A DNA stretch of 64,000 bases. Origin: Thermodesulfobacteriota bacterium. GTDB taxonomy: Bacteria; Desulfobacterota; RBG-13-43-22. The notes under the pieces were generated by a model. That model saw only the letters and a program-made list of their open reading frames with translations. It did not search any database and was not told the origin of the DNA. Made by a program: the position numbers and the translations under genes. Each line of letters opens with the position of its first letter. Positions within the stretch are counted from its first letter, which is position 1. Positions 8,255-18,860 of this stretch are shown here, piece by piece. The stretch is taken from the NCBI GenBank assembly GCA_049520575.1, contig JBEKPQ010000015.1, positions 17,527 to 81,526 on the forward strand. The letters run 5' to 3'.

Positions 8255-9934
8255 TCAGTCTGGTACCGCTTTATTAATGATTATTAAGAATGGTTCTGCT
8301 TTTTTCACACCGATGACCCGGGTTCCGGGGATCTCTTGCCCCTTTTGATCAAAAAACAAAATCGCCGGAGGGCCGAAAAGTCCGAATCTTTTTAAAAAAG
8401 CATCCGTTTCCTCATTGGTCGAGGTCACATCTGCCTTCAGGAGCTTCACTCCTTTGAGTTTTTCTTTGACCCGGGAATCTCTAAAGGTCAAAACCTCCAT
8501 CTCTTTACAGGATACGCACCAATCGGCAGAAACATAAAGCATTACCGCTCGTTCTTGAGTCTCTTTTATCTGGGCCTCTAATTGATTGAGGCTGGTCAGG
8601 CGCTGAAAAGAAAGGGATGAGGTCAAGGGCGGAGAGATAACGGGATAAATGATCCAAAAGGCAACGGCCAACAGGAGTATTCCAAAAAAGACTTTGACCC
8701 ATTTCATCCAGGCCCCGGCCCTCGGCAACAAGGCCCCGGCCGAGGTCCCTATGATTAATAAGGGGACGCCCATGCCCAAGGACAGGGCAAATAAGGCCGA
8801 ACCACCCAGCCAGACGTCGTTTGTCCGGCTGATATAAAGTAAGGCCCCGGCTAGAGGAGCGGTGACACAGGGACTGATAATAATGGCCGAGAGCAACCCT
8901 ATGAAAAAGACCCCCACGAAGGTACCGGCCTTGAACCTGTTCCCGGCGGCGGTCAATTTATTCTGTATGAAAACAGGGAGCTGCAATTCATAAAGCCCGA
9001 ATATGGAAAGGGCCAGGGCCACAAAGATCAAGGCAAAGGCAATCAGCACCCAAATATTTTGCAGCGCATGGGAAATTAATCGGCCTGAGTATCCGGCCGC
9101 CACACCGGCTGCTGTATAGGTCAAGGCCATGCCCAGCACATAGGTCATAGAAAGGAGGAAGGCTCTTTTTTTTATCAGATCCTTCCCCTGGGCAATAATG
9201 ATACCGGAAATGATGGGGATCATGGGCAAAACACAGGGCGTAAAAGAAAGCAGCAGGCCAAATCCAAAGAAGCTTAAAATGATCCAGAAATAGTTATTGC
9301 TTTTCAAAAGCCCGAAGATCTCACCTCCACTCTCCCCTATCGAGGTGGAGGGAGATGCCTTGGAAAAAGCTCCAGGTTCTTCCATCCCTTGGAGGGAAGG
9401 GGTTGAAGGGAAGGGGAAGGGATTCAAATGAACTTTTTGGGTCTTGGGCGGATAACATAAGCCGGCATCGGAACAACCTTGATAAGTGATACTGAGGATT
9501 ATTTGTAAGGTTCTCGGAGACAGTGAGGTTATTGGTATTATAATAACCGCTTCCTTACGGAAGATTTCCGCTCGGCCGAAGTATTTATCTTCTTTAACCT
9601 GGCCGGGTGGAAATTGAGGAGAGCCAATTTTTGTCTGTCTAGTTTCAACAGCAAATTTGAATTTATCCCGATACAGGTAATATTCTTGGGCAATCTGGAA
9701 ACGGATTTCAATCTGGCCGGCCTTGAGCAGGCGGGCTTGAAAGGAAAAGGCTTGTTCGGGTCTTAAAGGCTGACAATATACGGCCTGACACAGAAAAAGG
9801 ATTATAAAGAAAGATAAAATGAAAAAATGCAGGGTAAGACAAAAAGAAAAGTTGCCTTGGGATGTTGAACCTTGAACTTTGAACCTTGAACCTTTTTTAG
9901 GCTTTGAGCCTTGAGCCTTACACCTTGAACTCAT
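8255..9934 (-). CDS. dsbD: thiol:disulfide interchange protein DsbD
   Basis: N-terminal DsbD-alpha (QGCSDAGLCYPP), central multi-pass membrane domain (CVLPMIP) and C-terminal thioredoxin domain (DWCVSCK). The 5' 90 nt overlap a TTCAAGG tandem array, so the start is uncertain. Confidence 0.8.
   Translation of the reverse strand: MSSRCKAQGSKPKKGSRFKVQGSTSQGNFSFCLTLHFFILSFFIILFLCQAVYCQPLRPEQAFSFQARLLKAGQIEIRFQIAQEYYLYRDKFKFAVETRQTKIGSPQFPPGQVKEDKYFGRAEIFRKEAVIIIPITSLSPRTLQIILSITYQGCSDAGLCYPPKTQKVHLNPFPFPSTPSLQGMEEPGAFSKASPSTSIGESGGEIFGLLKSNNYFWIILSFFGFGLLLSFTPCVLPMIPIISGIIIAQGKDLIKKRAFLLSMTYVLGMALTYTAAGVAAGYSGRLISHALQNIWVLIAFALIFVALALSIFGLYELQLPVFIQNKLTAAGNRFKAGTFVGVFFIGLLSAIIISPCVTAPLAGALLYISRTNDVWLGGSALFALSLGMGVPLLIIGTSAGALLPRAGAWMKWVKVFFGILLLAVAFWIIYPVISPPLTSSLSFQRLTSLNQLEAQIKETQERAVMLYVSADWCVSCKEMEVLTFRDSRVKEKLKGVKLLKADVTSTNEETDAFLKRFGLFGPPAILFFDQKGQEIPGTRVIGVKKAEPFLIIINKAVPD
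9850..9934. repeat. tandem octamer array (G[TC]TCAAGG-like units) of the GGATTCAAGG family
   Basis: Minus-strand reading: gttcaaggtgtaaggctcaaggctcaaagcc...ggttcaaggttcaaagttcaaggttcaac. Confidence 0.7.
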
Positions 9935-9940
9935 AACTTT

Positions 9941-10354
9941 TTAAGGCGCATACACGTAAATACTGACCCAGGCAACAGCCCCTTGATAGGACGCAGTAAT
10001 TTGATCAACCTTGTTGGCGGCAGTGGTGGTGGCGACTGCCGGTGCGAGATAAGTGGCTGAACAGACCCCAAGGTTAATCGAATTAGGAGTATTAGTTGGA
10101 GTAATTGTCGCCCCTAAAGAAGAAGTAAATGTAACCCCCTTAGCTGAATCATTGACGGGATTTCCCTGGGCATCTTTCACTGAGGCGATCAGGGTGGTTG
10201 ACCCTCCTTGGGGGAGAAGGGTGCTGGTGGCTGTGAGATTGATCGAATAGCCCCCCCCCGTTGCATATCCGCTTGAGGAGGAAGTGTTGGAACATCCGGC
10301 GATCCCCAAAACACATAGCATCAGACAACAAAGAAATATTTTAGTATAAGTCAT
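9941..10354 (-). CDS. small lipoprotein with Ig-like domain
   Basis: Signal peptide with an IAGC lipobox and a Ser/Gly-rich linker. Paralogous to 7723..8178. Co-oriented with dsbD, 4 nt upstream of it. Confidence 0.55.
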   Translation of the reverse strand: MTYTKIFLCCLMLCVLGIAGCSNTSSSSGYATGGGYSINLTATSTLLPQGGSTTLIASVKDAQGNPVNDSAKGVTFTSSLGATITPTNTPNSINLGVCSATYLAPAVATTTAANKVDQITASYQGAVAWVSIYVYAP

Positions 10355-10632
10355 TCCCTGTTCCTTTATTAAACATATAGCCGTTAGTTTTTTATATAAT
10401 ACTATCTGTTATTAAACTTTTTGTCAAGTTAATTTAGAGAGATAAGATAGAAAAATTTGTCTTTCCCTATTTGTCAAAACCCACGGTTCTCGATTCGATG
10501 TGAAGTATCAATGCCTATCTTATTATTGGAGATATTTCCATTATCCTTCTTTTAAACTTGACTCCTTCCCTTAAAAAATACTATAAACAATCAAAGTTAA
10601 CTTATCTAATCTACTTGGAAATAATTATTTTT

Positions 10633-11940
10633 ATGCCCTTAGGCCTTATCCTCTATAATATCCTTACCGGGATTCTTTTTTTAATCGTGTTTCCTTTCCT
10701 GATCTTGTATAATCTGGCCCAAGGAAAGTTCAGCAATAATTTGGTTGAGAGGTTGGGGCGATATCCTCGCCATCTCCGGCCGGATGAACCCTTGACTGAT
10801 GCCGGGCCGGTCTGGATTCATGCTGTTTCAGTGGGTGAGATCAAGGCCGCCATTGCCCTGACCCGGAGGATCAAAGAGCAACTCCCCGAGGTTCCCATCC
10901 TTGTTTCAACGACAACACCGGCAGGAAGGGAAACAGCCGAAAAGTTCTTGGGGAAGGAAATACCCGTTATTTATTTTCCCCTGGATTTTTACCCTTGCGT
11001 AAAAATGGCAATGAACTTCTTTCACCCCAGGGCCTTTGTGGCCTTGGAAACCGAATTGTGGCCCAACTTTCTTTTTCAGGCCAATAAATCAGGCAGTAAA
11101 TTGATCCTGGCCAACGGACGGATCTCCAGCCGCTCTTTTAAGGGGTACTCCAGGATTCGCTGGCTCTTGCGGCCTATTCTTGAGAAATTCAGGGTATTGA
11201 TGGTCAGGGATCCTGATGACGCCAGGTGTTTGATCTCGCTGGGGGCTGTGCCTGAGCGGGTCCGGGTTTTGGGAAACATTAAATACGATGGTCTGGTGGA
11301 TCAGGCTCAGGAAGCCTTGCGGCTCAAGGTCCGGCAACGGCTTCATCTCCCCGAAGCAAGGCCTGTTATCGTAGCCGGAAGTACCCGGGGAGGAGAGGAA
11401 GCGGTTCTCCTTAAAGTCTATCTCCGTTTAAAGACCTCTTTCCCGGAACTGATTTTAGTTCTAGTCCCTCGCCATATCGATCGATGTGCGGAGATAGAAA
11501 CCCTATTACAACGGCAGGGGATTTCTTTTCAGTTGTATAGCCGGATCCTTTCATTGGAGGAGCAGAGGGAAGTTGACGTTATCCTCGTAGATCGCGTCGG
11601 CGATCTTTTTGGCCTTTACAGCCTGGCAACCATTGCCTTTTGCGGGGCCAGTCTGATCCCAAAGGGAGGCCAGAATATTTTAGAGCCGGCTGCCTGGGGG
11701 AAACTGGTCTTCTATGGACCTTACATGGAAGACTTCAAAGATGCCCGTCGGCTTTTGGAAGATGCCGGGGCCGGGATTATGGTTCGCGGTCAGATAGAGT
11801 TAGAAAAACAAATGGCCTATTTTTTAGAACACCCGGAAGAACGGGAAAGACGGGGAAATGCCGGCCGTGAAGCCTTAAAATCGCAGACAGGACTGACTAA
11901 AAAAGCGGCCGAGATCATTGCTGAAATTATTAGGAATTAA
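10633..11940 (+). CDS. waaA: 3-deoxy-D-manno-octulosonic acid (Kdo) transferase
   Basis: Glycos_transf_N motif (WIHAVSVGE). ATG at 10633 is preferred over the TTG at 10558 that begins the tracked ORF. Confidence 0.8.
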   Translation: MPLGLILYNILTGILFLIVFPFLILYNLAQGKFSNNLVERLGRYPRHLRPDEPLTDAGPVWIHAVSVGEIKAAIALTRRIKEQLPEVPILVSTTTPAGRETAEKFLGKEIPVIYFPLDFYPCVKMAMNFFHPRAFVALETELWPNFLFQANKSGSKLILANGRISSRSFKGYSRIRWLLRPILEKFRVLMVRDPDDARCLISLGAVPERVRVLGNIKYDGLVDQAQEALRLKVRQRLHLPEARPVIVAGSTRGGEEAVLLKVYLRLKTSFPELILVLVPRHIDRCAEIETLLQRQGISFQLYSRILSLEEQREVDVILVDRVGDLFGLYSLATIAFCGASLIPKGGQNILEPAAWGKLVFYGPYMEDFKDARRLLEDAGAGIMVRGQIELEKQMAYFLEHPEERERRGNAGREALKSQTGLTKKAAEIIAEIIRN

Positions 11941-11954
11941 TAATAATAAATAAG

Positions 11955-13094
11955 ATGAAAGCGTTATTGGCATTAGAAGACGGGACCGTGTTTCCGGCCC
12001 GATCCTTTACCGGCCCTGGGGAGGCCGAAGGGGAATGTGTTTTCAATACGGCCATGACCGGATATCAGGAGGTCCTGACCGATCCTTCTTACAAAGGGCA
12101 GTTGGTTGCCATGACCTATCCTTTGATCGGAAATTATGGGGTCAACGACCAGGACGTGGAATCGGATAGGATCCAGGTTGAGGCCTTTCTGGTCAAGGAA
12201 TATCTACCCTTCCCGAGTAACTTTCGATCGCAATCCCCTTTGGCTGTGTATCTGAAAAAAAGCAAGGTCTTTGGCCTGGAAGGGATCGACACCCGGGCTT
12301 TGACCCGTCACCTCCGAAACTATGGGGCCATGCGGGTAGCTGCCTCTACGGAGCAATTGAAAGCCGAGGCCTTGGTAGAAAAAGCCCGCTCCATCCCGAC
12401 CATGCTTGGTCTTGGATTGGTGGATCAAGTCACGACCGACCGTCCTTTTCTCTGGTCGAAGGAAAAGAAAATTCCCGTTGCCGAGGCTCAAAAGAAAAAC
12501 CCTTGGAAGGTGAACGGGTCTTCTTATAAAGTGGCGGTTCTGGATTGCGGGGTCAAGTTCAATATCCTGCGCAGTCTGGAGCGACGGAATTGTCAGGTTC
12601 TGGTAGTCCCTGCTCAGACTCCGGCCCAGGAAATCCTGGCAATCAAGCCCGATGGGCTTTTGATCACCAACGGCCCCGGGGATCCGGCGGCCAATCCGGG
12701 AATCGTTCGAACCGTCCGACAACTTCTGGACCTGCTGCCAATCTTCGGTATCTGCTTGGGCCATCAGATCCTGGGACTGGCCCTGGGCGGGGCCACTTTT
12801 AAACTCAAGTTCGGACATCGGGGGACCAATCAGCCGGTCAAGTATTTGAAGACCGGCCGGGTGGAAATCACCTCTCAGAATCACGGCTTCTCGGTAGATA
12901 TTAATTCTATAAAAGATCCGGATGTGGAACTGACCCATATCAATTTAAACGATCAGACCCTGGAAGGGTTGGAACATAAACGATTACCCATTTTTTCCGT
13001 TCAATATCATCCCGAGGCCTCGCCCGGTCCCCATGACGCCTCTTATTTATTCGATCATTTTCTGTCCCTCATGGGGAGACACCGGAGAAAATAG
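11955..13094 (+). CDS. carA: carbamoyl-phosphate synthase small subunit
   Basis: CPSase small-chain N-terminal domain and GATase active site (GICLGHQ). Confidence 0.95.
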   Translation: MKALLALEDGTVFPARSFTGPGEAEGECVFNTAMTGYQEVLTDPSYKGQLVAMTYPLIGNYGVNDQDVESDRIQVEAFLVKEYLPFPSNFRSQSPLAVYLKKSKVFGLEGIDTRALTRHLRNYGAMRVAASTEQLKAEALVEKARSIPTMLGLGLVDQVTTDRPFLWSKEKKIPVAEAQKKNPWKVNGSSYKVAVLDCGVKFNILRSLERRNCQVLVVPAQTPAQEILAIKPDGLLITNGPGDPAANPGIVRTVRQLLDLLPIFGICLGHQILGLALGGATFKLKFGHRGTNQPVKYLKTGRVEITSQNHGFSVDINSIKDPDVELTHINLNDQTLEGLEHKRLPIFSVQYHPEASPGPHDASYLFDHFLSLMGRHRRK

Positions 13095-13097
13095 TTC

Positions 13098-16000
13098 ATG
13101 CCCAAGCGAACCGACATTCAAAAAATCCTGATTATCGGCTCCGGCCCGATTATCATCAGCCAGGCCTGTGAATTTGATTATTCAGGCACCCAGGCCTGCA
13201 AGGCATTGCGGGAAGAGGGATTTGAAATCGTTCTGGTCAACAGCAACCCGGCCACCATCATGACCGATCCGGAGATGGCCCATCGGACCTATATCGAACC
13301 GGTCACCCCGGAAATCGTGGCCAAGATCATTGAGCGGGAACGACCGCAGGCCCTGCTACCGACTTTGGGCGGGCAGACCGGTCTTAACACCGCTGTTGCT
13401 GTGGCCGAGATGGGGGTATTGGACACTTTCGGTGTTGAAATGATCGGAGCATCTCTACCGGTGATTAAAAAGGCCGAGGACCGGGATGAGTTTAGACGGG
13501 CCATGTGGAAGATTGGGTTGCGGGTGCCGGAAAGCGTCATCGTCACCAGCCTGGAGGAGGCCCGCGCCCAGGTGGAAAAAATCGGCTATCCTATTATCAT
13601 CCGCCCCAGTTTTACCCTGGGCGGCACCGGCGGCGGAGTGGCCTATAACCGGGAGGAGTTCGAACTCCTGGTGACCTCCGGATTGGAAGCCAGCATGATT
13701 CATCAGATCATGCTGGAGGAATCCGTCCTGGGCTGGAAGGAATACGAACTCGAGGTCATGCGGGATTTCAAAGACAATGTCGTCATCATTTGTTCCATTG
13801 AAAATTTCGATCCCATGGGGGTCCATACCGGCGATTCCATTACCGTGGCCCCGGCCCAGACCCTGACTGACAAAGAATATCAGGCCATGCGGGATGCTTC
13901 TTTGGCTATCATCCGCGAGATCGGGGTGGAGACCGGCGGATCGAATATCCAATTTGCCGTGCATCCCGGAAACGGTGAGATGGTGGTCATTGAAATGAAT
14001 CCCCGGGTCTCCCGCTCCTCGGCCCTGGCTTCCAAGGCCACGGGATTTCCTATTGCCAAGATTGCCGCCAAGCTGGCCGTGGGTTATACACTGGATGAGA
14101 TCCCCAATGACATTACCAAGGAGACCATGGCCTCTTTTGAGCCGACCATCGATTATTGTGTGGTCAAGATTCCCCGCTGGACCTTTGAAAAATTCCCCGG
14201 CTCGGAAGATTATCTGACAACTTCCATGAAATCCGTGGGCGAAGCTATGGCTATCGGCCGTACCTTTAAGGAAGCCTTGCAAAAAGGGATTCGCTCTCTG
14301 GAGATCGGACGGTTCGGATTTGGTGCCGACGGAAAAGATTTTTTTCAAATTCCCCTGGATGAAATCCAGAAAAAAATGCGCCAGCCCAATTCCCAGCGGA
14401 TTTTTTATCTGAAGGCCGCTTTGGAAGCCGGCATGACCATCGAAGAGATAAATGCCCTAACCTGGATCGATCCCTGGTTTCTCCATAACCTGTCTCAGAT
14501 CCTGGCCATGGAAAAAACCTTGGCTGGTCAAACCTGGGAAAGTCTGTCGCCGGAACTCCTGAAACAGGCCAAGGAATACGGCTTCTCCGATGTCCAGATC
14601 GGATATCTGCTTCAAGTTTCTCCGTTGGAAATTTTTAAAAAAAGACAGGCGCTCAAGATGCTTCCGGTCTATAAATTAGTCGATACCTGCGCCGCCGAAT
14701 TCGAGGCCTATACCCCCTATTATTATTCAACCTATGACTTAGAAGATGAATCCCGGCCTTCGGAAAAAGAACGGATCATGATCCTCGGCGGCGGGCCAAA
14801 CCGGATCGGGCAGGGGATCGAATTCGATTATTGCTGTGTCCATGCCTCTCTGACGGCCAAGGAAGAGGGCTATGCCAGCATCATGGTCAACAGCAATCCG
14901 GAAACGGTCAGTACGGACTATGATATTTCCGACAAACTGTATTTTGAACCCCTGACCCATGAAGATGTCTTTCATATTATTGACCGGGAAAAACCCAAAG
15001 GGGTCATTGTCCAGTTCGGGGGCCAAACCCCTCTGAATCTGGCTGTGGGTCTTCAGGCGGTCCAGGCCCCGATTATCGGCACTTCTCCCGATAGTATCGA
15101 CCGGGCCGAAGACCGGGAACGATTTAAAGAATTACTGAAAAGGCTGGGATTGTTCCAGCCGGAAAACGGGACGGCCTTCACCACCCAAGAGGCCCTGACA
15201 GTTGCTGAATCGATCGGATTCCCCGTTGTGGTCCGTCCTTCTTACGTCCTGGGCGGCCGGGCCATGGAGATCGTGTATGAGCCGGCTGCCCTGGAAACCT
15301 TTATGGCCAAAGCGGTTCTGGTCTCACCGGGGCATCCCATCCTGATTGACAAATTCCTGGAAGAGGCCGTTGAAATCGATGTGGATGCGGTTTCCGACGG
15401 GCGGAAGACTTTGATTTGTGGAATTATGGAGCACATTGAAGAAGCGGGGATCCATTCGGGCGACAGTGCCTGCGTTCTTCCACCTTACACCCTCAAGGCG
15501 GACCAGATTGATCGGATCAAGTCCAACACCTATGCCTTGGCCCGGGAATTGGGTGTTCAGGGCCTCATGAATATTCAGTATGCGATCAAAGACGATATCC
15601 TTTATGTCCTGGAGGTCAACCCCCGGGCCTCCCGGACGATCCCTTTTGTCAGCAAAGCCACAGGAATTCCCTGGGCCAAGGTGGCCACCCGGGTCATGCT
15701 GGGCCAAGACCTGGAATCTCAGGGATTGACCGGAGAAATCGTTCCCAGTCATATTTCAGTCAAAGAATCAGTCTTCCCTTTTTTACGTTTCCCCGGAGTG
15801 GATACCCTGCTTGGCCCGGAGATGAAATCCACCGGAGAGGTCATGGGCATCGATCACAGTTTCGGTTTGGCCTTCGCCAAATCGCAGTTGGCCGCCGGCA
15901 TGGATCTGCCCCTATCAGGCACGGTCTTTATCAGCGTCAAGGATCAGGATAAAAAAATAATATTATCCACGGCTCAAAAATTATATCATTTGGGCTTTAA

Positions 16001-16319
16001 AATCATTGCTACTTCAGGGACCTCACGTTTTCTGGAACAGGCCGGGCTTCCCAATCAAAAGGTCAATAAAGTCCGGGAAGGAAGGCCTCATATCGTGGAC
16101 CTTATGAAGAACGGGGAAATCCAGTTGGTCATTAACACGACCATTGGTTCCAAAAGTGTTTCCGAATCCTCTTCCATCCGGCAAACCGCCCTGATCCGTC
16201 GGATCCCTTACACCACTACGGTCGCCGGGGCTAGGGCCACGGCCGAGGCTATTGAGGCCCTGCAGCAGAAAAAACTTTCCGTACGGACCATACAGGAGTA
16301 TCATCAGGATCTGAAATAA
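13098..16319 (+). CDS. carB: carbamoyl-phosphate synthase large subunit
   Basis: 1073 aa with two ATP-grasp halves plus oligomerisation and MGS-like domains. Confidence 0.95.
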   Translation: MPKRTDIQKILIIGSGPIIISQACEFDYSGTQACKALREEGFEIVLVNSNPATIMTDPEMAHRTYIEPVTPEIVAKIIERERPQALLPTLGGQTGLNTAVAVAEMGVLDTFGVEMIGASLPVIKKAEDRDEFRRAMWKIGLRVPESVIVTSLEEARAQVEKIGYPIIIRPSFTLGGTGGGVAYNREEFELLVTSGLEASMIHQIMLEESVLGWKEYELEVMRDFKDNVVIICSIENFDPMGVHTGDSITVAPAQTLTDKEYQAMRDASLAIIREIGVETGGSNIQFAVHPGNGEMVVIEMNPRVSRSSALASKATGFPIAKIAAKLAVGYTLDEIPNDITKETMASFEPTIDYCVVKIPRWTFEKFPGSEDYLTTSMKSVGEAMAIGRTFKEALQKGIRSLEIGRFGFGADGKDFFQIPLDEIQKKMRQPNSQRIFYLKAALEAGMTIEEINALTWIDPWFLHNLSQILAMEKTLAGQTWESLSPELLKQAKEYGFSDVQIGYLLQVSPLEIFKKRQALKMLPVYKLVDTCAAEFEAYTPYYYSTYDLEDESRPSEKERIMILGGGPNRIGQGIEFDYCCVHASLTAKEEGYASIMVNSNPETVSTDYDISDKLYFEPLTHEDVFHIIDREKPKGVIVQFGGQTPLNLAVGLQAVQAPIIGTSPDSIDRAEDRERFKELLKRLGLFQPENGTAFTTQEALTVAESIGFPVVVRPSYVLGGRAMEIVYEPAALETFMAKAVLVSPGHPILIDKFLEEAVEIDVDAVSDGRKTLICGIMEHIEEAGIHSGDSACVLPPYTLKADQIDRIKSNTYALARELGVQGLMNIQYAIKDDILYVLEVNPRASRTIPFVSKATGIPWAKVATRVMLGQDLESQGLTGEIVPSHISVKESVFPFLRFPGVDTLLGPEMKSTGEVMGIDHSFGLAFAKSQLAAGMDLPLSGTVFISVKDQDKKIILSTAQKLYHLGFKIIATSGTSRFLEQAGLPNQKVNKVREGRPHIVDLMKNGEIQLVINTTIGSKSVSESSSIRQTALIRRIPYTTTVAGARATAEAIEALQQKKLSVRTIQEYHQDLK

Positions 16320-16320
16320 A

Positions 16321-16440
16321 AAAAGAAGGGATCGAGGGTTCAAGAAGTCAAGGCTTGCGGCGAGCTCAGCCGAGCGGATTCGAGTAAAATGCTTGGAACC
16401 AATACCCTTGAATCCTCGGTCCCTTGAAACCTTTGTAGAT
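16321..16440. repeat. modular intergenic repeat of the GGTTCAAG/CTTGAATCC family
   Basis: Shares modules (gggttcaag, gagctcagccgagcgg, cccttgaatcc) with the elements at 42161-42300 and 43381-43625. Confidence 0.6.
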
Positions 16441-16457
16441 TAATAGGACCAGGCATT

Positions 16458-17864
16458 ATGGATAATTTCTATGAAGACCGGGCATTAAAAGAAGAATGCG
16501 GAATCTTTGGGATCTACGGCCATCCGGAAGCCTCTAAACTGACCTATTTCGGGTTGTATGCCTTGCAGCACCGCGGGGAAGAAAGCGCCGGAATCGTCAT
16601 TTCCGACGGCACCCAGGTCCGGGAACAAAAAGGAATGGGTCTGGTAGGCGATGTTTTTAAAGAACAAAACCTTTCCTCCCTTTCCGGAGATCTGGCTATC
16701 GGGCACGTCCGCTATTCCACAACGGGTTCTTCGATCTTGAAAAATGCCCAACCCTTTCTGGTCTCTCATGGTGCAATGGCCCTGGCCATTGCCCACAACG
16801 GAAATCTGACCAATGCCCATGAACTGCGCCTGGGTTTGGAAAAGAAAGGGGCTATCTTCCAGTCCACTATGGACAGTGAGGTATTTCTTCATCTGATCGC
16901 CCATGGCCTGGAACAGGGTTTTGAGCTGGCTTTGATTCAGGCCTTGTCTCAGGTTCAGGGGGCCTATTCCATGCTCCTTTTAACCCGGGATCAATTGATC
17001 GGCGCCCGGGATCCTCAAGGGTTTCGTCCTCTCTGCCTGGGGAAATTAAACGGGGCTTATGTGCTGGCTTCCGAGAGCTGCGCCCTGGATTTAGTCGAGG
17101 CCCAATACGTGCGGGATATCGAACCCGGGGAAATTGTTTTTATCGACAAGAGCGGCCTTCGCTCCATCAAACCTTACCCCAAGGTCCAAAGTGCCTTTTG
17201 CATCTTTGAGTTTATCTATTTTGCCCGACCGGACAGTTATATCTTCGGAAAGAATGTTTATCAGGTCCGGAAGAGGTTAGGACAAATTATGGCCAGGGAA
17301 TATCAGCCTCAGGCCGATCTGGTCATGCCCTTCCCGGACTCTGGGAATTATGCCGCCCTGGGATTTGCCGAAGCCGCCAAGATTCCATTTGAAATGGGAG
17401 TGATCCGCAATCATTACGTAGGCCGGACTTTTATCCAGCCCTCGCAAAGCATGAGGGATTTCGGGGTCCGGGTCAAACTCAATCCGGTCCGCTCGGTCCT
17501 GAAAGGGAAACGGGTGATCATCATCGAAGATTCGATTATCCGGGGGACAACCAGCCGTAACCGGGTTCAGGCCGTCCGTTCCTCCGGGGCCAGGGAAGTT
17601 TATATGCTGGTCAGTTGTCCTCCGCACCGACATCCTTGTTTTTACGGTATTGATTTTTCCACCAAAGGGGAATTGATCGCCTGCCAGCATTCGGTGGAGG
17701 AAATCAGGAAGTTTGTAGGACTGGATGGTTTGGGGTACCTCAGTATCGAGGGAATGGTGGAAGCGACCGGCCTACCCGAGTCCAGTTTTTGTCTGGCCTG
17801 TTTTAACGGCAACTACCCGGTCCAGCCGGATACAACCTTTGACAAACTTTGTTTGGAAAGGTGA
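16458..17864 (+). CDS. purF: amidophosphoribosyltransferase
   Basis: N-terminal Cys nucleophile (CGIFGIYG), PRTase domain and C-terminal Cys cluster. Confidence 0.95.
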   Translation: MDNFYEDRALKEECGIFGIYGHPEASKLTYFGLYALQHRGEESAGIVISDGTQVREQKGMGLVGDVFKEQNLSSLSGDLAIGHVRYSTTGSSILKNAQPFLVSHGAMALAIAHNGNLTNAHELRLGLEKKGAIFQSTMDSEVFLHLIAHGLEQGFELALIQALSQVQGAYSMLLLTRDQLIGARDPQGFRPLCLGKLNGAYVLASESCALDLVEAQYVRDIEPGEIVFIDKSGLRSIKPYPKVQSAFCIFEFIYFARPDSYIFGKNVYQVRKRLGQIMAREYQPQADLVMPFPDSGNYAALGFAEAAKIPFEMGVIRNHYVGRTFIQPSQSMRDFGVRVKLNPVRSVLKGKRVIIIEDSIIRGTTSRNRVQAVRSSGAREVYMLVSCPPHRHPCFYGIDFSTKGELIACQHSVEEIRKFVGLDGLGYLSIEGMVEATGLPESSFCLACFNGNYPVQPDTTFDKLCLER

Positions 17865-17876
17865 TATTAAAAGACT

Positions 17877-18857
17877 ATGATTTTGGATGACGCCAAAGAA
17901 GTCTTGGAAGTCGAAGCCCAGGGGATATTAAATCTCATTCCCAAACTTGGGCCGGAATTTGAAAAGGCCGTTGAAACCATTTACCAGAATAAAGGTCGGG
18001 TGATTCTCACCGGGATCGGAAAGGCGGGTATCGTGGCTCGGAAGATCGTGGCCACCTTAAACAGTACCGGAACCCCAGCTTTGTTTTTACACCCGGTGGA
18101 GGCCATGCATGGGGATCTGGGCATGGTCACCTCTAGAGATATCGTCCTGGCCATTTCCAACAGCGGAGAAACCGGGGAGCTGACCCTTCTCCTGCCCAGT
18201 CTTAAACAAATAGGGACCAAGCTGATTTCCTTCGTCGGAAATCCTGAATCGTCTTTGGCTAAACAAAGTGATCTGGTGATCGATGTCGGAGTGGAAAAGG
18301 AGGCCTGTCCCCTGGGATTGGCCCCGACGACCAGCACCACCGCGGCCTTGGCCATGGGAGACGCCCTGGCCGTGGCCCTGATTAAGCGGCGTCAATTCAA
18401 TCATCAGGATTTTAGGCGGTTCCATCCCGGTGGAACCCTGGGAGAACGGCTGTCGGTCAAGGTCTCAGAGGTCATGCTCACCGGGGCGCAGATACCCGTG
18501 GTATCACCTAAGCAAACTTTGTTTGAAGCCATTCAGGAGATGGATGCCAAAGACCTGGGGGCCACCCTGGTGGTGGAAGGCCATGACCGGAAATTAGTTG
18601 GTATTTTGACCGATGGAGATTTGAGAAGACTTTTTAAAAGGAGGTCGTCCCTGGAGCAGACCCTGACCGAACAGGTCATGACCCCTGACCCGAAGTCCAT
18701 TTTGCCCGAGGTCCGGGCCTCCGAGGCCCTGGAAATGATGGAACAGTATCTGATTACCATCCTACCGATTGTTGACTCGCATAAGCGAGTGTTGGGTATT
18801 TTACATCTTCACGACTTACTCGGTAAAGGGGAGTTTAAATTTAATATCCGGGAGTGA
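17877..18857 (+). CDS. kdsD: arabinose-5-phosphate isomerase (KpsF/GutQ family; SIS + tandem CBS)
   Basis: SIS domain (ILTGIGKAGIVARK) and two CBS domains. Confidence 0.85.
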   Translation: MILDDAKEVLEVEAQGILNLIPKLGPEFEKAVETIYQNKGRVILTGIGKAGIVARKIVATLNSTGTPALFLHPVEAMHGDLGMVTSRDIVLAISNSGETGELTLLLPSLKQIGTKLISFVGNPESSLAKQSDLVIDVGVEKEACPLGLAPTTSTTAALAMGDALAVALIKRRQFNHQDFRRFHPGGTLGERLSVKVSEVMLTGAQIPVVSPKQTLFEAIQEMDAKDLGATLVVEGHDRKLVGILTDGDLRRLFKRRSSLEQTLTEQVMTPDPKSILPEVRASEALEMMEQYLITILPIVDSHKRVLGILHLHDLLGKGEFKFNIRE

Positions 18858-18860
18858 ACG

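Noticed and set aside
12204-14348. Long antisense ORFs (244 aa, 297 aa and 85 aa) inside carA/carB
   Set aside because: They overlap strongly supported conserved genes on the opposite strand and are Gly/Arg/Pro-rich, as expected for GC-rich antisense frames.
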